Positions 18,280-29,079 are shown, numbered from the stretch's first letter. The stretch: DNA of 39,130 bases from Promethearchaeota archaeon (GCA_008080735.1 SHMW01000031.1:1293-40422); one strand, 5' to 3'. Translations and numbers: made by a program. Notes: generated by a model from the sequence alone, not told the origin.

Positions 18280-20190
18280 ATGGGAACGGATTCCGACAAA
18301 AACATCTCTTTAATACTAGAAAAACAATTAAAGACGATTGGACAGAAAATAAGGTTAGATCTTTTGAAATCTTTACGCCTTTCCAAGATCCCTCTTTCAT
18401 TTTCTGATCTTCAAAAATCACTTCTGGGCTTCAATAATACCTCTGTAAATCTCTCGTTCCATTTAAAAACTCTAAAAGAGGCGAAATTAATACGTTGTAC
18501 GGATGAAGGTTATTGTATTACAGAGGTTGGAAAAGAAATATTTAAAAAAATTATTGACATTGAACATATTCTTAATAAGACAAACAAAAGTTTGGTTATT
18601 AGGACTTCAAAATACTCAACAGAGCCGTTCGATATAAAAAATGTAAAGGAATATCTAATCCGAGAAGCCGAAATGAACGCGTTCGTCGCCGAGGAAATCA
18701 CAAAACTTGCGGAGAAGAAATTATCAGAGACGAATATAGATTATTTAACCGCCCCATTAATGCGAGAATATATAAATGTGATTTTGTTAGAAGAGGGCTT
18801 AGAGGAGTATCGTCATAAATTGACAAGGCTAGGAATCCCTCCTTTCGATGCTGAGCAATTATTTTTAAATAAACAAATGGAACCAGAGGAATTCATTAAA
18901 AAAGTAGGTTCAGAGGCATCAGAGCAATTTTTATTATTAAACTTATTACCGAAAGAGTTGGCGGATCTCTATTTATCTAATAAGATTATACTATTGAATT
19001 TAGACATGTGGGCACTGAGACCATTAAGTCTTTTTGTTAACACAGAGCGAATCTTAGGTTTTTATGGAGTTGATATAGAGGATCAAAAACTCGCACTCCA
19101 CTTTAGCAATTATCTTCAGAAAATAATGCGTTTTTTTTCCAACAACATTTTACTCTATAACTTTGATCTCATTTCTGACCACTTTAATGATGAGGAGGAA
19201 ATATTCCAGTTTATTGATATTTTTCTATTCCTTATGGCAAATTTTAATAATTCAAACAATTGCAAATTGACACTTTCCTTTAGGAATATGAATAAAAACC
19301 CTAATAATAACTCAATTTTAGATTACTTATTGAGGAATTACCTGGATAGCTATTGTGAAGAATCAAATTCACAAAGTCTACCTCAGTTGCTTTTAAATTA
19401 TAATCCACACTTGCTAAAAGTTCTCGGCACAGAAAGATTATCGAAAGTGTGTTCTTCTTACAATCCAATTTTTTGTAAGGATTCGAACCATCTCATTAAT
19501 CATGACATAGTTAATTTTAATGGGGATATTAAATCACCCGGAAAAATTGTATTAGATAAAATCTTAATAAATTTATATTCAATTGCTCGAAATTCAAACC
19601 GAAATGATACCCAATTCTTTAATATACTAACCCAAAGATTGAACTCTGTATTTTCATTTTTCAATCAAAAACGTATCTATATGGAAAAGAAAATAGGAAA
19701 TTCGCCAAAATCGATCAATCACCTTTTTAACTTACTAGAGTGTGACCAAGATACTTGGATTCAAAGATCAATTAAATCGATCAGTTTTTACGGCTTAAAT
19801 GAAGCGGTTAAATATCATTGTGGAATCGGGTTAGAGAGATTAGATACAAGCACAAGATTTGCAATTAAGGCATTAAAATTGATGGAAAATCTAATTGACG
19901 AAAAAAATGATTTAGATAATGAAAATTTTTATTTGTCTCAACCCAATTTCACTCCTTCAAAATTAACTGAACTGATGGAATTCGAAAGAGAGAAAAAGAT
20001 ATCTGGCTTGATAGGAAACGATACCCAACTCTCTTTGGAACAAAAAATTGATCTTCACAATATAATTAGAGAGCATTTAAAGGGAGGTTCTCTTTTTATA
20101 CTTAAAAAAGATTCACCAGATTTTCCTGAGATATGGAAAAAATTAGAATTGCTCTCCTCATCAAAAATTCCCTCCTTCAAGTTTATATAG
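18280..20190 (+). CDS. ArsR-like wHTH + ATP-cone + degenerate NrdD-like fusion protein
   Basis: IRLDLL...FSDLQ...LSFHLKTL (wHTH); VIRTS...EPFD...LTAPLMREYIN...HKLTRLG (archaeal NrdD ATP cone); GLNEAVKYHCG; no C-terminal Zn ribbon or RxxGY motif. Confidence 0.8.
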   Translation: MGTDSDKNISLILEKQLKTIGQKIRLDLLKSLRLSKIPLSFSDLQKSLLGFNNTSVNLSFHLKTLKEAKLIRCTDEGYCITEVGKEIFKKIIDIEHILNKTNKSLVIRTSKYSTEPFDIKNVKEYLIREAEMNAFVAEEITKLAEKKLSETNIDYLTAPLMREYINVILLEEGLEEYRHKLTRLGIPPFDAEQLFLNKQMEPEEFIKKVGSEASEQFLLLNLLPKELADLYLSNKIILLNLDMWALRPLSLFVNTERILGFYGVDIEDQKLALHFSNYLQKIMRFFSNNILLYNFDLISDHFNDEEEIFQFIDIFLFLMANFNNSNNCKLTLSFRNMNKNPNNNSILDYLLRNYLDSYCEESNSQSLPQLLLNYNPHLLKVLGTERLSKVCSSYNPIFCKDSNHLINHDIVNFNGDIKSPGKIVLDKILINLYSIARNSNRNDTQFFNILTQRLNSVFSFFNQKRIYMEKKIGNSPKSINHLFNLLECDQDTWIQRSIKSISFYGLNEAVKYHCGIGLERLDTSTRFAIKALKLMENLIDEKNDLDNENFYLSQPNFTPSKLTELMEFEREKKISGLIGNDTQLSLEQKIDLHNIIREHLKGGSLFILKKDSPDFPEIWKKLELLSSSKIPSFKFI

Positions 20191-20221
20191 GAAAAATACA
20201 TCAAAAATTCAAAAAAAGAGA

Positions 20222-21157
20222 TCAATCCTCTAAAAGTTCTGCAAGGATCGCTTTACGCATATGCAACCCATAACCCGTTTGCTTAAAATATATTGATTTC
20301 TCAGAATTGTCAATCGAAGGAGTTATTTCATTTATTCTGGGTAATGGATGAAGGAGTTTGAAATTATCCTTAGTTTGTTTTAAATCTTTTCGACTAAACA
20401 CATAAAAATTTTTAACACGCTCGTATTCTTCCAAATCTGCAAACCGTTCCTTTTGGATTCTGGTCATATATAACACATCCAAAATATCAAGCACTTTCCT
20501 ATAATTGGTTAACTCTTTGAATTTTACTTTTCTCTGTTGATATAGATATTCTTTATACCTCCCACGCATTTTTAATTCCTCAGGGCTAATAAAGTAAATA
20601 TTAACATCAAAATTGGACAACAGCATAGCTAATGAATGAACAGTTCTTCCATATTTTAAATCACCCATTACCCCGATATTAATTCCGTCCAATTTCCCCA
20701 TTTCCTCATTAATTGTTAGTAGATCTAATAAAGCTTGTGTCGGATGCTCTTTGCTTCCAGAACCCGCGTTGATAATTGGTATATTGGCAAACCTAGCAGC
20801 CATTTTGGCTGAGCCCTCCATAGGATGTCGAATGACTATACAGTCACAATAATTCTCGACTGTTCTTATGGTATCTGCGAGACTTTCTCCTTTTTTGATT
20901 GAGGATACATCACCTGACTGGAAACCGATTACATTTCCTCCTAACCTATGCATAGCGGACTCAAAACTTAATCTTGTTCGAGTGGATGGTTCAAAGAATA
21001 ATGTGGCTAAAATTTTTCCTGAAAGTATATTGGAATTTTTAACCGATAACATCTCATGCCCTTTTTGTAATATATATTCAATATCTTCCCGATAAAAATC
21101 CCGAGCGCTGATAATACCTTCCCTAAATTTATCTTTGAACATATCTCTTTTATTCAT
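20222..21157 (-). CDS. pyrB: Aspartate carbamoyltransferase catalytic subunit
   Basis: FFEPSTRTRLSFE, HPTQALLD, GDLKYGRTVHSL, RIQKER, HPLPR. Confidence 0.98.
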   Translation of the reverse strand: MNKRDMFKDKFREGIISARDFYREDIEYILQKGHEMLSVKNSNILSGKILATLFFEPSTRTRLSFESAMHRLGGNVIGFQSGDVSSIKKGESLADTIRTVENYCDCIVIRHPMEGSAKMAARFANIPIINAGSGSKEHPTQALLDLLTINEEMGKLDGINIGVMGDLKYGRTVHSLAMLLSNFDVNIYFISPEELKMRGRYKEYLYQQRKVKFKELTNYRKVLDILDVLYMTRIQKERFADLEEYERVKNFYVFSRKDLKQTKDNFKLLHPLPRINEITPSIDNSEKSIYFKQTGYGLHMRKAILAELLED

Positions 21158-21365
21158 TTTTGATATTATATGTAGTATTCTTTTACTTTTTATAATATTT
21201 TTGATTATAAGGTTAATTCAATATTTTCAAAAGAAATTTTCGATTTTGATAATATGTTGATGAAATTTGATCATTCTACCAAACAAGTATTTATATAAGA
21301 TAAAATCAAATCACACTCTATCAAAAAATATTTCTTTATTGAATAGTAAAACAAAGTGGAACTTT

Positions 21366-22763
21366 ATGGAAAAAACAGAAGATCAAATCTTACACTCTAA
21401 ATTAGAAATTGGATCTTATGGATTTGCATCATTTTCAAGGGAATTTTTGCGAATAGCATTTTCAGCAAATGCGTTTTATTTTTTTGAAAGTGAAATAAGG
21501 TTAAATGTGTGGTTTGTGGGATTAGCATTTGTCTTATTTGCCATATATAATATGTTTAATGACCCATTGATCGGTTTTTTAACAAACCGTACATTTAAAT
21601 TTACAAGGAAGTGGGGAAGACGTTATCCATGGATATTATTAGGAGGATTACCTTGGGGACTTAGCTATGTATTGATATTCATACCTCCGACAACTGATGC
21701 GACAAATCAAGCATTATTTTTATTTTTATGGTTGCTATTTACTACATGCTTGTTTGATACTTTTCATTCCTTATTCTTTGTAAATTTCATCGCATTATTT
21801 CCAAACAAATTTAAATCAATGAAAGAACGTAGATTAGCAAGTGGAATGCAAATTATGATCGGTGTGATTGGAACTGCTCTTGGAGCGATAGTCCCTCCAC
21901 TTGTATTTAATTATAATGATATACCATCATTCTTTTGGCAAGGAGTTGTGTCTTTCTTAATAGTGACCTTAGGATTTCTATTGGCAATACCTGGAGTAAA
22001 AGAATCACCAGAACTTATTGAAGAATTTTTTGAATCATATGATGAGAAAACAGAAAAACTGGAAAAAAAGTCATTTTTTGAAAGTATGCGGATCGCAGTG
22101 AAACAAAAAGCGTTCATTATATTTATGGTAATTTATACTATGTATCAGTGTTTAGTTGAAACGATGCAAGCATCTATACCCTATGTAGTTAGATACAGTC
22201 TTGATAAATCATCTGAAGCTCAAACTTTAGTATTTGCAGGATTTCTTATCGGTGTTTTAATTTCCACTCCATTTTGGACTAAGATATCACATCGAATCAA
22301 TGATAATAGGAAATTAATGACTATTGCAGCTTTGATGCTTGGGTGCTTTACAATTCCTTTAATGTTTTGGCGCGATTATTATCTGATTATTATTAATATG
22401 GTATTTTGGGGTATTCCTCTTGGAGGATTTTGGGTAATGATATCACCAGTTTCGGCAGATGTGATAGATAATTCTGTCGTCCTTACGAAGAAACGTGAAG
22501 AGGGTGTATATACTGGGTTCCAAATGTTTTTTGGACGGTTAGGAATTGTTGCACAAGCTCTAACTTTTGCTATTGTTCATAGTTTGACTGGCTTTGATGT
22601 TGATCCTTATTCTCAATCAGCAATTTTTGGTATACATTTACACACCTCAATTATTCCTGCAATTTTCATTTTTATCGGAGCAATTGTCTTTTGGAAATAT
22701 TATGATCTCACACCTGATAAGATCGAACAAAACCGAGATCAGATTAGAGCCCTCAAATTATAA
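21366..22763 (+). CDS. MFS transporter, GPH/MelB family
   Basis: About 12 TM segments; NDPLIG, KWGRRYPW, DVID...RREEG-like motif; probable start ATG 21366 (track start 21267). Confidence 0.88.
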   Translation: MEKTEDQILHSKLEIGSYGFASFSREFLRIAFSANAFYFFESEIRLNVWFVGLAFVLFAIYNMFNDPLIGFLTNRTFKFTRKWGRRYPWILLGGLPWGLSYVLIFIPPTTDATNQALFLFLWLLFTTCLFDTFHSLFFVNFIALFPNKFKSMKERRLASGMQIMIGVIGTALGAIVPPLVFNYNDIPSFFWQGVVSFLIVTLGFLLAIPGVKESPELIEEFFESYDEKTEKLEKKSFFESMRIAVKQKAFIIFMVIYTMYQCLVETMQASIPYVVRYSLDKSSEAQTLVFAGFLIGVLISTPFWTKISHRINDNRKLMTIAALMLGCFTIPLMFWRDYYLIIINMVFWGIPLGGFWVMISPVSADVIDNSVVLTKKREEGVYTGFQMFFGRLGIVAQALTFAIVHSLTGFDVDPYSQSAIFGIHLHTSIIPAIFIFIGAIVFWKYYDLTPDKIEQNRDQIRALKL

Positions 22764-22886
22764 TCCAATTTTTTCTTTTTTCTATTTTTATAGCTCGGAT
22801 TAATTTAACAGCACTAAGAAAATTTAAAATCTATAAATTACTATAAATATTAAATTTAAACAAATAGTATTCAGTGATTACGGTCT

Positions 22887-23168
22887 ATGAAATTTCCTAA
22901 AGAAGTAAATCGTTACTGTCCTACATGTAGGAAGCATACTAAACACTCTGTAAGCAAATATAAAGCGAGTAAAGAGCGTGCGCTTAACCATGGACGTAGA
23001 CGAGTGAATAGAAAAAAGAAAGGATATGGTTCTTTCCCGAAAGAAATCTTCAAAAAGAACGCTAAAATTAATAAAAAGACTGTTCCAATTTTCGAATGTT
23101 CTGATTGCGGAAAGAAGCATTACGGAAAATCATATCGTGTTAAAAAATTTGAACTTCAGCAAGTATGA
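22887..23168 (+). CDS. rpl44e: 50S ribosomal protein L44e (eL42)
   Basis: YCPTCRKHTKH, GYGSFP, CSDCGK. Confidence 0.95.
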   Translation: MKFPKEVNRYCPTCRKHTKHSVSKYKASKERALNHGRRRVNRKKKGYGSFPKEIFKKNAKINKKTVPIFECSDCGKKHYGKSYRVKKFELQQV

Positions 23169-23219
23169 TTATTTAAAAGTCAGTTGAATTATTATAATAA
23201 AAAAAGGTAAATACGAAAA

Positions 23220-23426
23220 ATGCCTCAAAAGAAAAAGTTAAAAGAATTAATACCTCAACCAAAAAGTAGATTCTTACGGGTTAAGTGTCTAAATTGTGGG
23301 AACCAGCAAGTTATATTCGGATGTGCCGCAACAGATGTAGAATGTCTGGTATGTGGAAAAACTCTACTTCAATCTACAGGTGGAAAAGCTCGTATTCTCA
23401 CCAAAATTTTAGAAGTATTAAGCTAA
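23220..23426 (+). CDS. rps27e: 30S ribosomal protein S27e
   Basis: [18 protein letters not shown]...CLVCG..L..STGGKA. Confidence 0.96.
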   Translation: MPQKKKLKELIPQPKSRFLRVKCLNCGNQQVIFGCAATDVECLVCGKTLLQSTGGKARILTKILEVLS

Positions 23427-23841
23427 TTTTTATAGTTTCATTTCTGCTTTGTTATGTTTTGAAAATAATTATTTCTTTAAAATTAAGATAGTTTAGCTAA
23501 TTATGGCTATCTTCGTGAAACGATTCTTTCACGTTCAAAAATACATATATAGGTATATACAGACATATTTTATAATCTAAATTATAGGGATTTTCTGCTA
23601 ATATTTTAGTGTAAATGAGATCTCAATCATTATAAATAATTTGACCCCAAGCTTTCTTAATATTATAAAAGATAATAAAAATCACAAGTGATCTCTATAA
23701 GAATATAGGAAACAACTTGTTCGAATCTTTAAAAATTCTCTAAAAACAAAAAGAGTTTCTCTGAATACTTCATATAAAAATAACCTTGATATTGCTATAA
23801 ACGCTCGGTATAAGTTAAAGGAGATACTCACTAAATTATAT

Positions 23842-24180
23842 TCAATATTCTCTCCAAGTCTTCTTACATTTCAAACAACGGAAGAACGTTGTACTGGGCT
23901 CATCAGCACTCCGCGTTTGTTCTTGCCAAGTTTCTGCCTCATTATGACCACATTTAGGACATATCCGCTCTACGGTCGGATGGACAGACACCTTATCATC
24001 CTCATTCACAATTATAAGATTTTTTTCAAGTTCCTTCTTTTTTTCTTCAATTTTCCTTTGTTTCTCCTCTTTATCAACTTCTAGCTTTTCTTGATATCCA
24101 CATTTACAGATAAGATATGCTATTCCTTCCATTTTTCTCTTTCTTAATAATGAACCGCATTCGGGACAAAACTGTACCAT
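23842..24180 (-). CDS. tfs: Transcription factor S
   Basis: FCPECGSLL and CPKCG...QTRSADEPSTTFFRCLKC with the acidic DE hairpin intact. Confidence 0.93.
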   Translation of the reverse strand: MVQFCPECGSLLRKRKMEGIAYLICKCGYQEKLEVDKEEKQRKIEEKKKELEKNLIIVNEDDKVSVHPTVERICPKCGHNEAETWQEQTRSADEPSTTFFRCLKCKKTWREY

Positions 24181-24182
24181 TT

Positions 24183-24506
24183 TTATTTTTCCAGTAATTC
24201 TTTCTTTAAGTCGTATAATTTACGATAATATTTGAAGTTCAGCGTATTCATATCTTGTATAATCTGGGCCATAATTACTTTTTCTCCAGAAGTTTTAATT
24301 TGCAATTCTCCGATTACATTTATCAGATCTTTCTCTCCGAACGGAATCTCAAGATCATTTAAGGCCACTTTGATTTGTCCAGACTTATCATCTAATATAA
24401 TATAATCGTTATTTTTTACTTCTTTCACATATCCAGTAACTTGGATTTTTAAATCCTCACTTTGGATATCATTAATAATTCTCTGTTTAGCAAATTGGTT
24501 TTCCAT
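24183..24506 (-). CDS. Single OB-fold protein, RPA14/RPA3-like
   Basis: IQVTGYV...ILDDKSGQI...INVIG and a C-terminal helix; 107 aa; in a replication cluster. Confidence 0.65.
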   Translation of the reverse strand: MENQFAKQRIINDIQSEDLKIQVTGYVKEVKNNDYIILDDKSGQIKVALNDLEIPFGEKDLINVIGELQIKTSGEKVIMAQIIQDMNTLNFKYYRKLYDLKKELLEK

Positions 24507-24762
24507 TTTTATTCATCTCTGTTATTACATTTAGTGTTTGTTAGATAAAAATTATTATCAAATAAAAGTACATTATAAAAATATAAATACAAAAAGCTTA
24601 TCGAAAGAATAACAATTAACAGAAAGAAACAAACCTATCCAATAACAGTTAGCTATATATACTTAAATTCGAATTGTTAAGAGAGTAACATCAAATTTAT
24701 TAATACTAAAAATCTTATTTCCAATTATTATTTGAATAAATATCGAATTATGTGGCAGAATA

Positions 24763-25566
24763 ATGACTTTTAAGTTAAAATTAGAAAATAGTCGGATTTT
24801 GAAAGGAATCGTAGAAACTTTATCATCAATCATCGATGAAACAGAATTCCGTGTTGATCCCGAAGAATTTACAATCACCGCGATGGATCCGAGTCGGATT
24901 TGTTTACTAAAACTTACAATCAAGAATGAGGATTTTGACGAATATGAATGCGACGAGGAGACAAAGGTGGGTCTTAATTTGGATGATTTAGATAAAATTT
25001 TAAATCGAAGCTCTGCAAATGATTCTATTGAAATAGATTTTAAAGAAAGCGATAATAAAATTAAAATCGTTATGCAACGAGAAGGTATGACCCGGAAGCG
25101 AACTTTCAGTTTAGCACTCTTGGATATCGACATTGAAGAGATTCCTATGGATAATCTTCTTGCAATTGAATATCCCTCATCGTGGGTTATTGAACCTAAT
25201 TTCTTAGTAGAGGCGATCAAAGATGCCGAGATTTATTCTGAGATCTTAAATATAAAATCCGAGGAAGGAAAGGGATTAACATTCTCCTCATCAGGACAAA
25301 TAGGAGAAATGGTTTATAGTCTGGGTATTGAGGATTTAATTGAAACAGATATAAATGATACTAGCACAGGAGCATATAGTTTAACTTTTTTGAAAGCTAT
25401 CTTAAAAATAGCATCTATCACCGAAAAACTTGAAATATCTTTGAAAACAGATCATCCATTAAAAATGATATTTAATATCCTTGAAGGTGGCGAATTGAAC
25501 TATTTCCTAGCCCCGAGAGTAGAAGAAGCAGATTTTGACGAAGATGAAGATATGGATGAATTCTGA
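24763..25566 (+). CDS. pcn: PCNA sliding clamp
   Basis: AMDPSRICL, FDEYEC, YFLAPRVEE; acidic tail. Confidence 0.96.
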   Translation: MTFKLKLENSRILKGIVETLSSIIDETEFRVDPEEFTITAMDPSRICLLKLTIKNEDFDEYECDEETKVGLNLDDLDKILNRSSANDSIEIDFKESDNKIKIVMQREGMTRKRTFSLALLDIDIEEIPMDNLLAIEYPSSWVIEPNFLVEAIKDAEIYSEILNIKSEEGKGLTFSSSGQIGEMVYSLGIEDLIETDINDTSTGAYSLTFLKAILKIASITEKLEISLKTDHPLKMIFNILEGGELNYFLAPRVEEADFDEDEDMDEF

Positions 25567-25691
25567 TTTTCACCCCCTACATCCAACCCATCGATTTTAC
25601 AATAAATTTTCTTACTCCCATTCTTTTAGATACAATATCTTTTTATTTATCCTTAAAAAATTATATACCCCAGAAGGAGGTCAATAAGGTT

Positions 25692-26867
25692 ATGATCGAA
25701 AATGAATCAATCTCTCCGGAATTAGTTCAGCGCTATCCGTGGCTCCCTTCTTTGAAAAGAATCTATTATGATATATCTAATCAAGATCCATTAGAATTTA
25801 CAAAGAATCTATTAAACCAAGAAAATCTTGAATTGGTAGATAGACTTTTAGATTTTTTTATGGCCACCTTTAATAATGTGGAGTATATTAAAAATTATAA
25901 ATTTGATGAGACAAATATAGACCTATATATATTGCTCAGGATTATTCTATTTGTACTTAATATCGATCCGATAACCAATAGGATTGCCAATCTCTATTCA
26001 AAAATTCAATATAATGAATTGATTAATGAAAATGACTTCAATCTATACAAAATTTTTCAAGATTTAGATTTAGATGTGAAATATTACCAAATTCCTATAC
26101 AATATCGCATAAAAAAGGTTAAAGATCAAACAGAGATATTAAAAACAAATTATCGTATTCACTATGTTGATTATTTAAAACTATCTTCCAAACTTCGTGA
26201 TGAATATAGAAAGCTTATTAATGTTCCAATTTCAGAGGGTTATGTTTTCATTTCAAAAAGAGGTTTAGTTCGTTTGCTTCAAGAATACATACGCGAAAAA
26301 TTTTTAGAGATAAAAGAAAGAGATAATGAGTCAGCTGAATCTTTAAAATCTCAATTAAAGACGGTAGATGAATTTAATAAAATTTATAATCGAATTAAAG
26401 ATGAATGGGATTTAATTAAGGAAGAATTCGATTATTCAATTAATTTAGACTTAATAAAAGGCGAGAATGTTTCAGATTTGTTCCCTCCATGTGTGAAAAA
26501 TATTCTCACAGAAGCTAGGGAAGGGCAAAATTTATCGCATAATGAGAGATTATTTTTAACATTTTTTCTTCATTCTTTAGAATATCCTGTTGAGAAAATT
26601 GTAAATATTTTTTCTACGCTTCCTGATTTTGATAGGGAAAAAACCACTTATCAAGTAGAATTCGCCAAGAAAAAAGGATATACTCCTCATTCTTGTCAAA
26701 CGCTTAAATCTTTGAATTTATGTAAAGCTGTGAAATATAAGGATGATTTATGTTTAAATGGATATTATTCTAAAAAGTTAGAAGAGGAAAAAAAAATAAG
26801 GCACCCGCTATTTTATGTCCAATTCCAACAATATAGAGTATCAAAACAAGATAATGAAGAATCTTAA
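25692..26867 (+). CDS. priL: DNA primase large subunit
   Basis: RYPWLP, FPPCV, NLSHNER, PDFDREKTTYQV, YTPHSCQTL...C Fe-S cysteines. Confidence 0.93.
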   Translation: MIENESISPELVQRYPWLPSLKRIYYDISNQDPLEFTKNLLNQENLELVDRLLDFFMATFNNVEYIKNYKFDETNIDLYILLRIILFVLNIDPITNRIANLYSKIQYNELINENDFNLYKIFQDLDLDVKYYQIPIQYRIKKVKDQTEILKTNYRIHYVDYLKLSSKLRDEYRKLINVPISEGYVFISKRGLVRLLQEYIREKFLEIKERDNESAESLKSQLKTVDEFNKIYNRIKDEWDLIKEEFDYSINLDLIKGENVSDLFPPCVKNILTEAREGQNLSHNERLFLTFFLHSLEYPVEKIVNIFSTLPDFDREKTTYQVEFAKKKGYTPHSCQTLKSLNLCKAVKYKDDLCLNGYYSKKLEEEKKIRHPLFYVQFQQYRVSKQDNEES

Positions 26868-28128
26868 CTTTTTACAGAGACTATTTCAAGCGTATTATAA
26901 GGAAAATCAGAATGAGATCCCAAGAATCAGTTCTTTTACAAAGCGTGAATTTGGGTTTATTCCATGGAAATCCAAACCCATGATGATAAGACATTTAGGT
27001 TTTAACGATATGAATTCACTAAACAATTATTTTGTTAAAAACGCACCCCGACATGTCTATTCGAGCGGTTCATTATACTTGATGCCTGAAAATTCAGATA
27101 TGGGGAATAAGAAATATATCGGCTGCGATTTAATAACAGATATAGACGTGGATCATTTTTATACCCCGTGCAAAGATGATCATGATATTTGGTTATGTAA
27201 AAAGTGTGAAGCTTCTGGGAAAGGAATGAGAGACAAATGCCCCCATTGTGGAAGCTTGAAATTGAAAACCTTGAATTGGATCTGTGATGAATGTTTAGAG
27301 ATTGCCAAAAATGAGATTAGAAAGTTAATCTTTGATTTTCTTATTCCTGATTTTGGGATAAATCCCGGAGAAATGCATATTGCCTTCTCAGGACATCGAG
27401 GGTACCATTTAAAGGTAGAAAATGAGAAAATTAGAACTTTGAATACCGAAGAAAGGAGAGAGATGGTTGATTATCTAACTGGACATAATATTTCATTTGA
27501 AATTTTAGGATTGGAAAAAATGGGTTCCAATATATACGGTTTTATACGAGAAAATCTGGATTGGTCTAATAAAATCGTAAGAAAACTAATTTTTATGCTT
27601 AAAACGTATTCGGATGATGAATGGAATTATTTTCTCAATAATATCGGACTTAATGCGAACGTTATTAGAAGTTTTATACACTCTCGAGAAGATTTTTTAT
27701 ATACTCTCACAAGCGAATCCCATAATTTATGGAGTATTGAGGGTTTTGGACTTACCAATTGGAAGACTTTTTTAAGAGGAGTTGTAGATCTAATTGGAGT
27801 TGAACTTGATGAACCCGTCACTATTGACATTCATCGATTAATCCGATATCCTGGAACTTTACATGGAAAAACTGGGTTTAAGGTTCAAGAACTTTCTATT
27901 GAAGAATTAGACAGCTTTAGTCCCCTTAACGAACCCAATGATCGATTAAACCCAATTGTATTCGAAAGTTTAAAAAATATGCATAAAATAAAAATAATAG
28001 AAAAGGAAGTTCCTCAAACAAGAATTAAGGGGGAGACTTATGGACCATATAAACAGGGAGAAGTATTTGAAGTTCCAAATCATATCGCAGTATTTCTATT
28101 ATGTAAAGAAGTTGCTGTATTACAATAA
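26854..28128 (+). CDS. priS: DNA primase small (catalytic) subunit
   Basis: KREFGF, DLITDIDVD, FSGHRGYH, DEPVTIDIHRLIRYPGTLHGKTG; probable start ATG 26854 overlapping priL. Confidence 0.93.
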   Translation: MKNLNFLQRLFQAYYKENQNEIPRISSFTKREFGFIPWKSKPMMIRHLGFNDMNSLNNYFVKNAPRHVYSSGSLYLMPENSDMGNKKYIGCDLITDIDVDHFYTPCKDDHDIWLCKKCEASGKGMRDKCPHCGSLKLKTLNWICDECLEIAKNEIRKLIFDFLIPDFGINPGEMHIAFSGHRGYHLKVENEKIRTLNTEERREMVDYLTGHNISFEILGLEKMGSNIYGFIRENLDWSNKIVRKLIFMLKTYSDDEWNYFLNNIGLNANVIRSFIHSREDFLYTLTSESHNLWSIEGFGLTNWKTFLRGVVDLIGVELDEPVTIDIHRLIRYPGTLHGKTGFKVQELSIEELDSFSPLNEPNDRLNPIVFESLKNMHKIKIIEKEVPQTRIKGETYGPYKQGEVFEVPNHIAVFLLCKEVAVLQ

Positions 28129-28188
28129 ATAATAATAAATTTTCCTATACACTCATTTATTGTATCAATAATAATAATTTTCGAGTCT

Positions 28189-28866
28189 ATGGATTTATTA
28201 AAAGAATATAAGTGTTTATATGAGCAATGGCGTGAAGAATTCAATAAAAAAAACCTAGCAGTCCTTCCACAAAATCAATTTCTAAAATATAAAAAGTTTT
28301 ATGAATTCATAGATAATTTCGAGGTTGAAGATGATGATCATCTAAAAAAACAGATTCTTGAAACATATAAAGATAATATTTGTTTTATGTTTAAAGATAT
28401 TCTGAAAATGCGGGAAGCTAAAATTATCAATTCTGCCTTGAATCTGCGAGAAATCGATATGGATAATATTTATGAGGCAGAAAAATTATTATTTCAAAAT
28501 ATGGTCGCATCTATCAAGGGTTACCAAAAAGTAAAATCACTTTCTATTTATGAAAATAATGAAAAACTATATTTTCCTGAAATTAAACCACAACCCAAAG
28601 AAATCGAAATGGAACGTCCAGAGAACCCCATTGAATCATTACAGACCCAAGAAAATATGAGGGAAGAAATTTCAGTTCAAGTTCAGATAGAACAAAAGGA
28701 GATTAATTATAGCATCGTGAGATTCATAAAAGACACGCCATCCTTGGTGGGTATTGACCTTCTGCATTATGGCCCATTTAAGAAAGAAGACATCGCAAAT
28801 ATACCTTTTAAAAACGCAGAAATACTTGTTAATGAAAAATTTGCGGAGTATATTGATCTTTCTTAG
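28189..28866 (+). CDS. gins15: GINS subunit Gins15/Gins51
   Basis: Helical A domain (R..KI, E..LF) and B domain VRFIKDTP.LVGID...YGPFKKEDIANIP..NA..L; follows priS. Confidence 0.85.
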   Translation: MDLLKEYKCLYEQWREEFNKKNLAVLPQNQFLKYKKFYEFIDNFEVEDDDHLKKQILETYKDNICFMFKDILKMREAKIINSALNLREIDMDNIYEAEKLLFQNMVASIKGYQKVKSLSIYENNEKLYFPEIKPQPKEIEMERPENPIESLQTQENMREEISVQVQIEQKEINYSIVRFIKDTPSLVGIDLLHYGPFKKEDIANIPFKNAEILVNEKFAEYIDLS

Positions 28867-29054
28867 ACTCTTTCTAATTTTTTATCAAACTCTTCTTTAA
28901 AATATTGAATTCTATATTCTTGATACTTATCCTGTGGCGAAAATTTTGGAGGCCATGGATTGACTAATTTTCCCCCACAGTATTTGCATTTCAAATCAGT
29001 ATTTTTCAATCCATATTTTCCACATTCTTCACATTTTTTCAAGTAACGAGTCAT
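28863..29054 (-). CDS. nop10: H/ACA RNP protein Nop10
   Basis: KKCEECGKY.L...CKYCGG...PPKFSPQDKYQEYR. Confidence 0.93.
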   Translation of the reverse strand: MTRYLKKCEECGKYGLKNTDLKCKYCGGKLVNPWPPKFSPQDKYQEYRIQYFKEEFDKKLERV

Positions 29055-29079
29055 ATTTCAGATCTGAGGTAAATTATAT

